38,188 nt of DNA from Promethearchaeota archaeon (GTDB lineage Archaea; Asgardarchaeota; Lokiarchaeia; Sigyniarchaeales; SOKP01), in contig SHMW01000037.1 of assembly GCA_008080735.1 (NCBI GenBank), positions 1 through 38,188 of the forward strand, in the 5' to 3' direction. The position numbers and the translations under genes are program-made. This document shows, piece by piece, positions 26,646 through 36,274 of the stretch (positions are counted from its first letter, which is position 1; each line of letters begins with the position of its first letter). The notes below the pieces were generated by a model. That model had not been told where the DNA came from. It saw only the letters and a program-made list of their open reading frames with translations, and did not search any database.

Positions 26646-27031
26646 TTATTTATTATGGTTTTAAATTTATTAAGCGTTTGCTCCATCTCAATTAGGGCAA
26701 TCGCTAAGTTTTTGTTTATCTCCAATAATGATATCAAGATTAATTTGTCTAATCCCATTACAATCAATTCATAGCCTTCTAATTCAATTGTTATATGATT
26801 TATATTCTCTCCTTCGATATGGGTAAGTGCAGTCTCAAAAGCACCATGAATCGTTGCAGCCATCGCCCCGAATTTTCTTTCATCAATATCTCGTGGTAAT
26901 CGTGAAGTTATAAGTAACCCGTTTTTCTTTACTATTGCCGTCCCGATAATCCCTCCGGTAAATTCTAATTTCCGGAGTTCTTCATTTAATCTATCGACAA
27001 TAATGGGTTCCATTACATAAATACCTTTCAA
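26642..27031 (-). CDS. Roadblock/LC7 domain protein
   Basis: GIIGTAIVKKNGLLITSRLP..DERKFGAMAATI..; stop overlaps the ThiF TTG (TTGA). Confidence 0.88.
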   Translation of the reverse strand: MKGIYVMEPIIVDRLNEELRKLEFTGGIIGTAIVKKNGLLITSRLPRDIDERKFGAMAATIHGAFETALTHIEGENINHITIELEGYELIVMGLDKLILISLLEINKNLAIALIEMEQTLNKFKTIINN

Positions 27032-27310
27032 TATTTAATTGAATAAATATTTGTATGTAAGTTAAGAAAATTTGGATATAAAAAAATATGTGTGGTCTTC
27101 TAAAAACGAATAAATTAAAATAAAATTCCTAAAAACAATATTTTTAAAAAAATCTGAAAATCGTATTTCTCTTTGCTAATGTTATTTCTATCTATTCTAA
27201 TGAATCTTATTAATTAGTATTATAGCAAGTGAGCCCTATTTTGCATGAATTTACTGAAAGACAAGAAATAGAATAGAATTAGTGCAGAGGTTGAGGTAAA
27301 ACAAATATAA

Positions 27311-27511
27311 TCATTTACAAAAACTTTTATTTCCGTTTGACGCACGTACGCGATTTCTCCAGCTTGGATTCCTAAGTTTTGCAGATTTCCCAAATCCACA
27401 ACTTGCACAAAATCCTTTTCGTCTATTGTAAGAATGATTTCCACACCTTCGACAAGTTGTATGTGTTGCCGTCTTATTTTTTTTTCCCTTACTGGCTGTT
27501 CCTTTTCCCAT
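27311..27511 (-). CDS. rpl37e: 50S ribosomal protein L37e
   Basis: [28 protein letters not shown]. Confidence 0.96.
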   Translation of the reverse strand: MGKGTASKGKKNKTATHTTCRRCGNHSYNRRKGFCASCGFGKSAKLRNPSWRNRVRASNGNKSFCK

Positions 27512-27528
27512 ATATTTTCACCTCTTAG

Positions 27529-27846
27529 TTATTCTTCTTCGTCTTCTTCATCTTCCTCTTTTCGATGCAGGAGTTTATCCTCATTAGAGTCAGAATCAGA
27601 AAACATGAGTTTTTGTCGATCTTGCCCTATTAGGATAATTGAAGCGCCTCGAATCATAACGGTCCCAAGGTCTTTACTTCTTTTTCCACCACGACCGAAA
27701 TAAATCTCTTTCGCATTCTCGACAATTAAATTCATATAATTATCAAATTTAACGAGTTTTCCAGTCAGATAGGTGTTCCAAATTTTAAGCTTGATTCTGA
27801 CTTCTTCTTTAAGTATTGCTTTCGATAATGTCCGTTGAATTGCCAA
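27529..27846 (-). CDS. Sm-like (LSm/SmAP1) protein with acidic tail
   Basis: Sm1 GKLVKFDNYMNLIVENAKE, Sm2 LGTVMIRGASI; directly upstream of rpl37e as is usual in archaea. Confidence 0.92.
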   Translation of the reverse strand: MAIQRTLSKAILKEEVRIKLKIWNTYLTGKLVKFDNYMNLIVENAKEIYFGRGGKRSKDLGTVMIRGASIILIGQDRQKLMFSDSDSNEDKLLHRKEEDEEDEEE

Positions 27847-28147
27847 CCTTGAGAACCTCGAGTTTTTATTGCTCTAAGAAAACTAAATATTCAATCTAAT
27901 TACTAATATTAAAATACGATATAATTAATATTTTGGGATTTTGAGATTTAGAATTCGGGAGAAGCAATCTTGATAAGTTTTGTGATATGAAATATTAATG
28001 AATTTGAGGATTTCTTTAGAGACTTCCCTGATGCAGAGAATTCTTACTATATTGATAAAAACCAAAACTATATTTGAATATCATTAATTTTTAATAGTTT
28101 AAAGAATAAAAAAAAACATTATAGTATAATTTAGTAGGCAGTTAGTT

Positions 28148-29188
28148 ATGAAAAAGATTGGAATTATTGACACATGCGTCGATACTCCTGAAGAACTTAT
28201 TCTCGCTGCGGGATTTATTCCATATAGACTTTTTGGAGATCCAACAATCACTCATGAACATGCTGATGAACATGTCCCCGCAACTCATTGTGTATGGTCT
28301 CGTAATGTTTTAGAGCAAGGATTAAAGGGGCTTGATAATGATATAGTAGGAATGGTTTCTGTTCATGGGTGCGATTGTACAAATAGGCAATTTGATATTT
28401 GGCTGGATTGTGTCGATTTAGATTTTATGCACTTCCTCAATTGTCCCCTCAAGCGAACCAAAATAGCGAGGGAATTTTATATTGACGATATGAAAGAATT
28501 CATAAACCATATGGAAAATTATTTTAATATAGAAATAACTGAAGAAAAAATTTGGGAAAATATTCGATTAACGAATAAAATCCGGACCATTTTGCGGGAT
28601 ATCTCGGAATATCGAAGTAAAATGGTCTTAAAAGGCTCAGAATTTCACAAACTCATCAAGGATGTTATGACTCAAGATAGAAATGAAGCACTAGAAGTTC
28701 TTAAAAACGCCTTAGAAAAACTCAAATCTAAAGAGCCATTTCCGAATAAGCATCTCAAGAAAGTGCTCGTCACGGGCTCTCTCATAGATGATACCAGTTT
28801 TCTTGAACATATGGAAGAATCAGGTTATCAAATAGTTGTTGATGACTTATGCCTCGGAACACATTATTTCTGGACAGAGATCGACGAATCGCACGAAGAC
28901 CCTCTCCAAGCACTTGCAGATTATCATTTTAATAAGCCATTATATTCCACCAAGATTCCGTCCCATTCACGGTATGAGTTCATAGAGGAATTATCTAAAA
29001 AATATCAAGTTGATGGAGTAATTAATATTGCGCAAAAGTTTTGCGAAACAATTCTCTATGATCATCCCTATATGAATAGACAATTCAAGGAAAAAGGAAT
29101 GCCATATCTTTTTATTGAGAAAGAATATAATACTGAGGCTTATAAACAACTAAAAACGAGGTTTGAGGCATTTGCCGAAATTATATGA
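28148..29188 (+). CDS. 2-hydroxyacyl-CoA dehydratase subunit (HgdB/HadC/BcrC-like)
   Basis: PEELILAAG..P, HC, GCDC, DDLCLG, VDGVI..KFCE, TRFEAFAE. Confidence 0.88.
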   Translation: MKKIGIIDTCVDTPEELILAAGFIPYRLFGDPTITHEHADEHVPATHCVWSRNVLEQGLKGLDNDIVGMVSVHGCDCTNRQFDIWLDCVDLDFMHFLNCPLKRTKIAREFYIDDMKEFINHMENYFNIEITEEKIWENIRLTNKIRTILRDISEYRSKMVLKGSEFHKLIKDVMTQDRNEALEVLKNALEKLKSKEPFPNKHLKKVLVTGSLIDDTSFLEHMEESGYQIVVDDLCLGTHYFWTEIDESHEDPLQALADYHFNKPLYSTKIPSHSRYEFIEELSKKYQVDGVINIAQKFCETILYDHPYMNRQFKEKGMPYLFIEKEYNTEAYKQLKTRFEAFAEII

Positions 29189-29205
29189 AATGGAGGAATT
29201 AAAAC

Positions 29206-30471
29206 ATGTCAAAAATTGAAAAACAAGGAAAAGGTAAGGCTCTCGAGGCTACACAGGGATTAAAAAATATAATGGGACGGCATATTCTTGCCATTGAGCA
29301 GGCGTTTAGAGACGGAAACCCCACAGCATGGGCAACTTCTGGAACTCCCGTCGAATTATTGTATGCGATGGATGTGCAACCTATGCTTCCCGAAAATTCG
29401 GCAACTATGTCGGCCGCTCAAAAACTTTCTAAGGGTTTTATTGAACTGGCTGAGGAGGAGGGCTTTTCATATGATTTATGTTCGTACTTTAAAACAAATG
29501 TAGGTGCTGTATTAAGTGATGCGGATATGATTGAAGGAGGTACACGAAAACCCACTTTTATGCTGTCTAGTGATGTGATTTGCGATACTCATGTGGATTG
29601 GTTTCAAACTCAGGCGGAACGAATGAATGTTCCACATTATACAATTGATGTACCTCATATCGTGAGCAATACAAACCAAAAACAATATAATTATTACAAA
29701 AAATACGTTCAAGAACAATTATGGGAATTTCTAGAATTTGTTGAGGATATTACGAGTCATGAAATCGACATGGAAAAATCTAAGAAAGTTGCTAAAAATT
29801 CCTATGTATTAGGCAAACTATGGCAAGATATTTTTGAATTAAGGAAACATGAACCTTCTCCGCTCTCAACTCGAGATACATTTGGAGGGCTTTTCCCACT
29901 TTTTACAATGCCTGGACTAAAGGCCCCCATACGGTTATATAAGCGGATGTATAGAGAGGCGCAAGAGCGAATTGAGAACGGAATTGGCGCACTGGAAAAC
30001 GAAAAATATCGTCTTATGTTTGAAGGGATACCTTTCTGGCATGCGTTGAAATACTTTAGTACGTTAGAGACCTATGGAGCTAACATAGTTTATGAAACCT
30101 ACACTTATGCGTTTTCAAAGTACATGAACCCAAAAGTCACAAAGGAGATGGTCTTGAACAAACCGATCGAGGCAATGTCAGAGCTCATGCTGAGCTTTTG
30201 GTACATTTACGATTTAGACACAAGAATAAAAAAATTTAAAGAAACCGTGGATGAATGGAAAATTGATGGTGTAGTGCTCCATAACAATTTGTCATGTAGA
30301 CCGAATTCATGCGGGATGTATGATTTAAAACGACATTTGCAAGAAGATTATGATATCCCTTGTTTGATTATAACTGCTGATATGAATGACCCCAGAAAAT
30401 TTAATGAGGTCCAAATAACGAATCAAATAGAAAGCTTTATCGAGATTTTGGAGCGAAAAAAAGCTCATTAA
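29206..30471 (+). CDS. 2-hydroxyacyl-CoA dehydratase subunit (HgdA/HadB/BcrB-like)
   Basis: PVELLYAMD..PEN, DLCSY, ICD, IDVP, DGVVLH..SCRP, QIESFIE. Confidence 0.9.
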   Translation: MSKIEKQGKGKALEATQGLKNIMGRHILAIEQAFRDGNPTAWATSGTPVELLYAMDVQPMLPENSATMSAAQKLSKGFIELAEEEGFSYDLCSYFKTNVGAVLSDADMIEGGTRKPTFMLSSDVICDTHVDWFQTQAERMNVPHYTIDVPHIVSNTNQKQYNYYKKYVQEQLWEFLEFVEDITSHEIDMEKSKKVAKNSYVLGKLWQDIFELRKHEPSPLSTRDTFGGLFPLFTMPGLKAPIRLYKRMYREAQERIENGIGALENEKYRLMFEGIPFWHALKYFSTLETYGANIVYETYTYAFSKYMNPKVTKEMVLNKPIEAMSELMLSFWYIYDLDTRIKKFKETVDEWKIDGVVLHNNLSCRPNSCGMYDLKRHLQEDYDIPCLIITADMNDPRKFNEVQITNQIESFIEILERKKAH

Positions 30472-30536
30472 AAGACTTTTTCTTTTCTTATCCCTTTTTT
30501 CTATGGTCGAATTAAACCTGGAATAATTTACCTGTT

Positions 30537-31256
30537 TTAATCCAGGTTCTTTGCAATTCCATAATAGATGAGATATAACCAAAATGGTGTTAGTAGAGAA
30601 TAGATGCTTGTGATTAATCTCAAGAGATAATTGTCAAGAAAATTTGAGAGAAAAATCAAAAATAAGAGAGGGGAAAAGCAAAAGATTCCAACATAAAACA
30701 GAAAATAACGCCTTTTTAATATTCTATATTTCATCATTGAAAATACTTTATATGAGACCGCCAAGATCGGCAATATAGCACAGCCACCCACCAAAATGAT
30801 AATGAAAAGGAAAAACCATAGACTCCATACAGGATAACCATACCTTGAGATATGAATTGCATCTGTGAAATATCCTATAGTTAACCCAATTGCTAATAAT
30901 ATCGCATAAAGTAGGAAAAATAGCCTTTTTTTAAATTGGTCTTCAATAAAATTTGGTCGAATTAAGAAGAGATTCATCGCAAGTAGGAATCTAAAAGCAT
31001 AATATGTAAAAAAACTCGCTATTAGATGCATTATTATGATAACTTCCTTATTTTTAACGAATAAAAACACAATACTATGAATAATATTTATAATTAAACC
31101 TATTAGCGTTAATATCAAAAAGCTCATCAGATAAACTTTTAATCTTGTCGAGCTTCTCTTACGAATCTTATTTAAAAGTAATATAAACCCAAATACTATG
31201 ATGGATTCCCCAATAAAAATAAATAAAATTCGTTCGATAGGTAAGTTCGTTATTAT
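30537..31256 (-). CDS. Stand-alone 7-TM membrane protein, paralog 1 (N-terminus extends beyond the ORF-track call; ATA start inferred)
   Basis: Frame stays open 43 codons upstream of ATG 31127 (IITNLPIERILFIFIGESIIVFGFILLLNKIRKRSSTRLKVYL) and aligns with TM1 of the two paralogs; shares the GYPVWS, RRY and IYYG motifs. Confidence 0.75.
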   Translation of the reverse strand: MITNLPIERILFIFIGESIIVFGFILLLNKIRKRSSTRLKVYLMSFLILTLIGLIINIIHSIVFLFVKNKEVIIIMHLIASFFTYYAFRFLLAMNLFLIRPNFIEDQFKKRLFFLLYAILLAIGLTIGYFTDAIHISRYGYPVWSLWFFLFIIILVGGCAILPILAVSYKVFSMMKYRILKRRYFLFYVGIFCFSPLLFLIFLSNFLDNYLLRLITSIYSLLTPFWLYLIYYGIAKNLD

Positions 31257-31386
31257 TCACCTATTTTCCAGAAAATAATATTTTTAAAAAGTAAGAATAA
31301 TATTTAATTTTTAAAAATTTGTAAAAAGAGAAAAATGAGTTAAAAAAGAATTCAATTGAAAACAACCAGGAGAGAAATATATTAAT

Positions 31387-31737
31387 CTAATTAGCTATTC
31401 GGATATGGGAGTTTGGGGTTAAAATCAGATACTTATCCCCTATACGTCCTAACGAACCTCCATTCCTCCTTAAAAACTGTTTTAACTCATCAATCGCACG
31501 TTTAAGTTCTAATACCGGAACTTTTCCACTCTCTAAAATCTTATTTGCATTTATTATCAACACCCGTCTATTCATCAGTTGCTTTTTGATATCTTCTATT
31601 TGGTCTAAATTCGAGAAATCATATTTCTTAATAAGGAAATCTTGAATTACCGAACCAAAATCCTTTGTAAAGCCTAATGTTTCTTTCGGAGATTCTGCCA
31701 ATTCATCATCATCTTTTTTTCCGAATATGCTAACCAT
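31387..31737 (-). CDS. sepF: Cell division protein SepF (archaeal type)
   Basis: DIKKQLMNRRVLIIN...LKRAIDELK...GGSLGRIGDKYLILTP, the conserved SepF C-terminal motif. Confidence 0.85.
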   Translation of the reverse strand: MVSIFGKKDDDELAESPKETLGFTKDFGSVIQDFLIKKYDFSNLDQIEDIKKQLMNRRVLIINANKILESGKVPVLELKRAIDELKQFLRRNGGSLGRIGDKYLILTPNSHIRIAN

Positions 31738-32217
31738 ATCTCACATAGCCACCTCACAATAATAAAATATAGTTTTTTATTTAAGAGTGATAAATATTTA
31801 GATAATATGGTAATATTATGATATTTTAATCGGGCTTAACTATCTTTCAAAATTAGTTAAACTATGTTAATGAAAACAACATAAAACGTTATCAAAATAG
31901 AGAAGATTAGTTTAGTTAAAAGCTTTCAAGGTCTTTATTATTGCCATAAATCGGATTATACTTATTTATTATTTAGATAAACTAATTAATCGAACTAACT
32001 TTTCATCTTTTTGATTATTACTGTTTTTAGATAGATTTTTAAGATAAATCTAGTTAACTTAAATACAAGTTCTTTTATTAAAAAACTTAAACAGTAATAG
32101 TTTCTAATTGAAATAATTTATTATCCCATTATTTTAAACTATATGGGGATATAGATAAATCTTAGATAATAGATTATGAGATTATTTAGCTACTTGATTA
32201 AATGAGTTTGATAACCA

Positions 32218-32922
32218 ATGACTACAGAAACAAAAATCGATGGATTTAAAAGTTTAATGTATAGCAGTCCTCTCTTCTATAACTTCATGACACAAAAACT
32301 GCATGATTATGAGAAGAAATACAGAATCTTAGCAAGAATGGTGTGCTCAGATGATGAAACCAAGATTTTAGACCTTCCTTGTGGCACGGGTAATTTAGCG
32401 CGTTTCTTGAAACCTCATATTTCATACGAAGGATGGGACTTAAACCAAATGTTTCTTGAAAAAATTAAGAAGGATTGGAAAAAAGGGGTATGCAAACCAA
32501 AGAATATTATTTTAAAGCAAAAAGACATATTTGAGTACCAAGATTATCCTGATGTAGATTGTGTGCTTTTGTGTGATATCTTGCATCATATATCTCCGAG
32601 ACATGAAGAATTAGTGGAGAAAGTTAAAATTTGCACGAATAAGGTAGTTATATGCGAACCTATTAGTATTAAACCTGAAAATATGAATGGAAATGGCCTT
32701 CTAGGTCGTCTAATAATGGTAATAGGGCGATATCTCCCAGAATCACTTATTAAAACAATAGATTTTCTTTTTGGTGATAATGATGGAATTAATAGCTATG
32801 CGACCAGATCTAAATGGGCACATACCGATGATGCTCTAAAGCTCTTCTATAGGAAGATTGGAATCGAAGAAAAGCAGATTTTTAAGCTCGGAGATGAATT
32901 GATTGGAATTTGGAAAAAATAA
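32218..32922 (+). CDS. Class I SAM-dependent methyltransferase
   Basis: ILDLPCGTG motif I, GWD, DIF, DCVLLCDILHH, ICEP. Confidence 0.88.
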   Translation: MTTETKIDGFKSLMYSSPLFYNFMTQKLHDYEKKYRILARMVCSDDETKILDLPCGTGNLARFLKPHISYEGWDLNQMFLEKIKKDWKKGVCKPKNIILKQKDIFEYQDYPDVDCVLLCDILHHISPRHEELVEKVKICTNKVVICEPISIKPENMNGNGLLGRLIMVIGRYLPESLIKTIDFLFGDNDGINSYATRSKWAHTDDALKLFYRKIGIEEKQIFKLGDELIGIWKK

Positions 32923-33424
32923 CCTCCCTAGCTCAGAAATTAGGAATATTGATAAATCACTATTTAATTAAGAACACGATAAATTTTTTTCACTTTATTT
33001 AATGAGATAAAACTAATAATTAAATCTCATATTATGATGATATATCTACGATCATAATTGTGATATTTTTGATTCAAAAAAAATATTGAAATCCTTTACA
33101 GTAGTGTAATATTACAATAGAATAGTATCGTTTTTTTTTAATTTTTAGTATTTTGAGATATTCAAACACTTAATTTCACATTTCTCCTAAGAAAAAAACG
33201 AAGAGTTATATATTTGATTTATTTTATTAAATATAAGAAGGACTTTACTTAAAAAAAAGGATAATTGATTTTCTAATGGATATTTATTGGTGAATGTCAT
33301 ACCAATTTCATGATTAACGATACTAATCAATTATAAAGTAAGGTTCTTTCGATAACAATTTGAAATGTTTTGAAAATTAGGATCAAAATATATATAAAAT
33401 ATCGTTTTAGAGATTGATATTAAA

Positions 33425-34138
33425 ATGTTTATCACCACAGAGAGAGTTGTTTTAACTTTTATTGTACAAGCAATATTATCATTAGTATTTGGATATATTG
33501 CACAGAACATTTTAAGGAGAAAAAAGAATCAACTTAACAAGTACTTCGCTCTTTTTTTTATCTTTCTAACTGTTGGAAATGTAATTAACATAATATATGT
33601 ACTGATATTTGCATATAGTGGCCTAGGTAATATTGTAGTTATTTTGCATCTAATTACAAATTTTTTCAATTTTTTTGGTTTAGGTTTTCTTTATGTGGTA
33701 AATCAAATTATATTAAAATCAGCAATGGTTTTTTCAAAAAAAGATATAATGAATTACCTAATAGGATATGGGTTGATCCTAATTGTGGGTTCCATAATAA
33801 TACAACTATTTGACGGTGTCTCAATGAGTTCTTCTGGATATCCTGTTTGGAGCATATATTACTTCATATTCATTTTAGGTATTACCGTTATCATTGCATT
33901 AATCCCAATTATTATCAGCTCATTCCGAATATATCAACAGTTAGAAGGAAAAGAAATTAAACGGCGCTATCTTTCCTTTTTTGCTGGAATCCTTGGTTTA
34001 ATACCTTTACTCATTACAATATTCATATCTAATTACTTAAACATAGCAAATATGCGAACGATAGTTAGCTTTGTATCTGTTTCAATGATTCTTTGGGTTC
34101 TTTTAATCTATTATGGACTAAGAAGAAGAACAAAATAA
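33425..34138 (+). CDS. Stand-alone 7-TM membrane protein, paralog 2
   Basis: Seven hydrophobic segments, basic loops (RRKK, KRRY, RRRTK), no cytoplasmic output domain. Confidence 0.85.
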   Translation: MFITTERVVLTFIVQAILSLVFGYIAQNILRRKKNQLNKYFALFFIFLTVGNVINIIYVLIFAYSGLGNIVVILHLITNFFNFFGLGFLYVVNQIILKSAMVFSKKDIMNYLIGYGLILIVGSIIIQLFDGVSMSSSGYPVWSIYYFIFILGITVIIALIPIIISSFRIYQQLEGKEIKRRYLSFFAGILGLIPLLITIFISNYLNIANMRTIVSFVSVSMILWVLLIYYGLRRRTK

Positions 34139-34200
34139 ATTATTTCTAATTTTTTTTAATTTCAAAATATTCAATAAAAAGGAAAATAGGGGTCAAGCAA

Positions 34201-35295
34201 ATGCAGAAACAAGAAAGTATAGAATATTTTTATATCTATGAGGGGGAAAACGAAAAATATGGTCTTAGATATGCGATTCCTGAAGATGCTGAGAAAATAT
34301 CAAGGCTTTATGTGCAGGAATATGATTATAATTACATAAATCCAAAGGTGTATGATCCAGGCGAATTGCAAGAAATTATTTCTGAAAAAAAAAACATTTG
34401 GATTGTAGGAGAAAATCTGAAAAACCAACAGATATTTGCAACAAGTCTGATGGAACTAAAAGAGAATTATGCCTTCTCTAGTAAAACTATAATAGATAAG
34501 GATTATCGTGGTTTAGGTTTAGGGTCTCGATTTGGCTTTAGGAGTGTGAATCATCTTAATGAATCGCACATATTTGATGATAGAATTAAAATCGACTCTG
34601 ATGTAAGAGCTGTTCAAATTGAAGCTCAAAAATTAACGGAAAGAGCTGGAGGGATACCATATGGATTTATTCCATTCTATAATAATTTTGGAGATAAGAG
34701 GAAATTAAACACGGATTATTATAAACCTTATCCCGTCCAAAATGAGGAAAGTGCATTCCTTTATTTTGTGCCTTTGACAAATCTTATTGAAAATAGAGTT
34801 AATAGAGTTTTTCTATTAGACGATGAATTGATATCACCACTATATAATCTTATAAAGAATTCAAGACGGATAATTAAGGTTTTAATGAAAAAAGATGATA
34901 TTTCCCTACTTAAGAAAAATACGACACCTGGTTATGTTGAACATAATGACATTTCTGTCTCAATAGATATGTATGGTTCAAAAATTAAACTTGTTGGAGT
35001 TTCAGATATTAGCGTTGTAAACTTTTTGCTCAATAAGTTCAAAGACTATCGAATGCTAATTTGGCATATTCCTACAACTCAAAAAGGAGTGAAATCTATG
35101 CAACAAGCCTTAGAAGAGGGCTTTATCGTATGTGGTTATAATGTAGGAAGTTTTAAACCTCGATATTCTGAAGGTCTTATAGATTCCTTAATTTTTGTAA
35201 AATATCTAAATGATATATCAAAGAATCCACTTGGTGATATCAATTTGACCAGTAAAAACAAACCATTTTATGAGCATGTAATAACCCAACTATAA
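34201..35295 (+). CDS. GNAT-family acyltransferase (N-terminal GNAT + second domain), copy A
   Basis: LRYAIPEDAEKISRLY (GNAT beta1-alpha1), acyl-CoA motif A IIDKDYRGLGLG; second GNAT-like end EEGFIVCGY. Confidence 0.82.
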   Translation: MQKQESIEYFYIYEGENEKYGLRYAIPEDAEKISRLYVQEYDYNYINPKVYDPGELQEIISEKKNIWIVGENLKNQQIFATSLMELKENYAFSSKTIIDKDYRGLGLGSRFGFRSVNHLNESHIFDDRIKIDSDVRAVQIEAQKLTERAGGIPYGFIPFYNNFGDKRKLNTDYYKPYPVQNEESAFLYFVPLTNLIENRVNRVFLLDDELISPLYNLIKNSRRIIKVLMKKDDISLLKKNTTPGYVEHNDISVSIDMYGSKIKLVGVSDISVVNFLLNKFKDYRMLIWHIPTTQKGVKSMQQALEEGFIVCGYNVGSFKPRYSEGLIDSLIFVKYLNDISKNPLGDINLTSKNKPFYEHVITQL

Positions 35296-35314
35296 TTTTT
35301 TCCTCTCTCTAATT

Positions 35315-35770
35315 TTAGAAAAACAGATTTGAGATCTTTTCTTCCGTTGTTTTTGTCGAAGAGCCGATAATTTTATCAATTATTCCCACAAATGCCTCAA
35401 ATTTTGAGGGATCAGAGTATTCTAATCCGCGATATTCTGAAATAAATTTATTTAAAATTTCCTCCAGCTTTTTTATGAAGATATTTTTTTGCTTTTGAGT
35501 AAGGGTTATATTTCTATCTAATACACCATATGCAATTATTTGAGCACCTTCGGTTCTCTTGGTTTTAATTTTACTCTTCTTAAAGAAGATATGATATTTA
35601 TTACTTTCAAAAGATTCTATTGGTTCTATTAGATTTTCAGCAAATTTCATAATACTTGAGATGACCGCACTTTTACAGATAAAATCAACTGTCTTATCAC
35701 CTGTTTTATGATAATTTATACAGATAATAGGTATTCCCTCGACAATAATTCCAAATTCTCTGAGTAACAT
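35315..35770 (-). CDS. Longin-like domain protein
   Basis: beta-beta-alpha-beta-beta-beta-alpha-alpha pattern (FGIIVEGIPII / SAVISSIMKFAE / IESFE / HIFFK / IIAYGVLD / LEEILNKF / FEAFVGIIDKII) typical of Asgard longin-fold proteins. Confidence 0.6.
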   Translation of the reverse strand: MLLREFGIIVEGIPIICINYHKTGDKTVDFICKSAVISSIMKFAENLIEPIESFESNKYHIFFKKSKIKTKRTEGAQIIAYGVLDRNITLTQKQKNIFIKKLEEILNKFISEYRGLEYSDPSKFEAFVGIIDKIIGSSTKTTEEKISNLFF

Positions 35771-36274
35771 ACAGTTTCCATTCCCTCCATATAATAATGT
35801 TGATTTACCTATTACTAGAGACAGATTTCTTATTTAATCTTTTCCGTTAAATTTTCAACTTAGCTATTTAATTGGTCTAATTCTGAAACGATATTCTGAA
35901 TTTATATCTAATATATGAAAATTACCCACTTTTTCATAAACTTATGTAATTTAATAGCCATAAAAGAGGAAAATTAGAAATACTTGGAAATAAAAGAAAT
36001 TACATAGTTAGAAAATAAAACAATAAATATTTAAGATTTTAATTAGTCATAATAATTGCTTGAAATTTGAATATTGGACTACATTTTTGTCCTTTAGATA
36101 TTATTTAGTCATATAAAAAGATTGTATTATGTATATTGGCAAAGAACATTTTTTTTAAAAATAAACTATTAATAGTAAAACTTTCATAATATATTAAAAG
36201 TGAAAATCTTAGAATTTAAAGCTCCAATTGAGATTTAAAACTTTGACTATGACTTAATTAAAAAGGTGTGATAA

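Noticed and set aside
27950-28080. Coding-like fragment (NEFEDFFRDFPDAENSYYIDKNQNYI) and weak dyad upstream of the dehydratase
   Set aside because: No start codon in frame, bounded by stops, no recognisable family
5987-29188. Selenocysteine readthrough at TGA-ending genes (6778, 12045, 17256, 25896, 27311, 29188)
   Set aside because: Each TGA falls at the expected family C-terminus; I saw no convincing downstream coding continuation or SECIS
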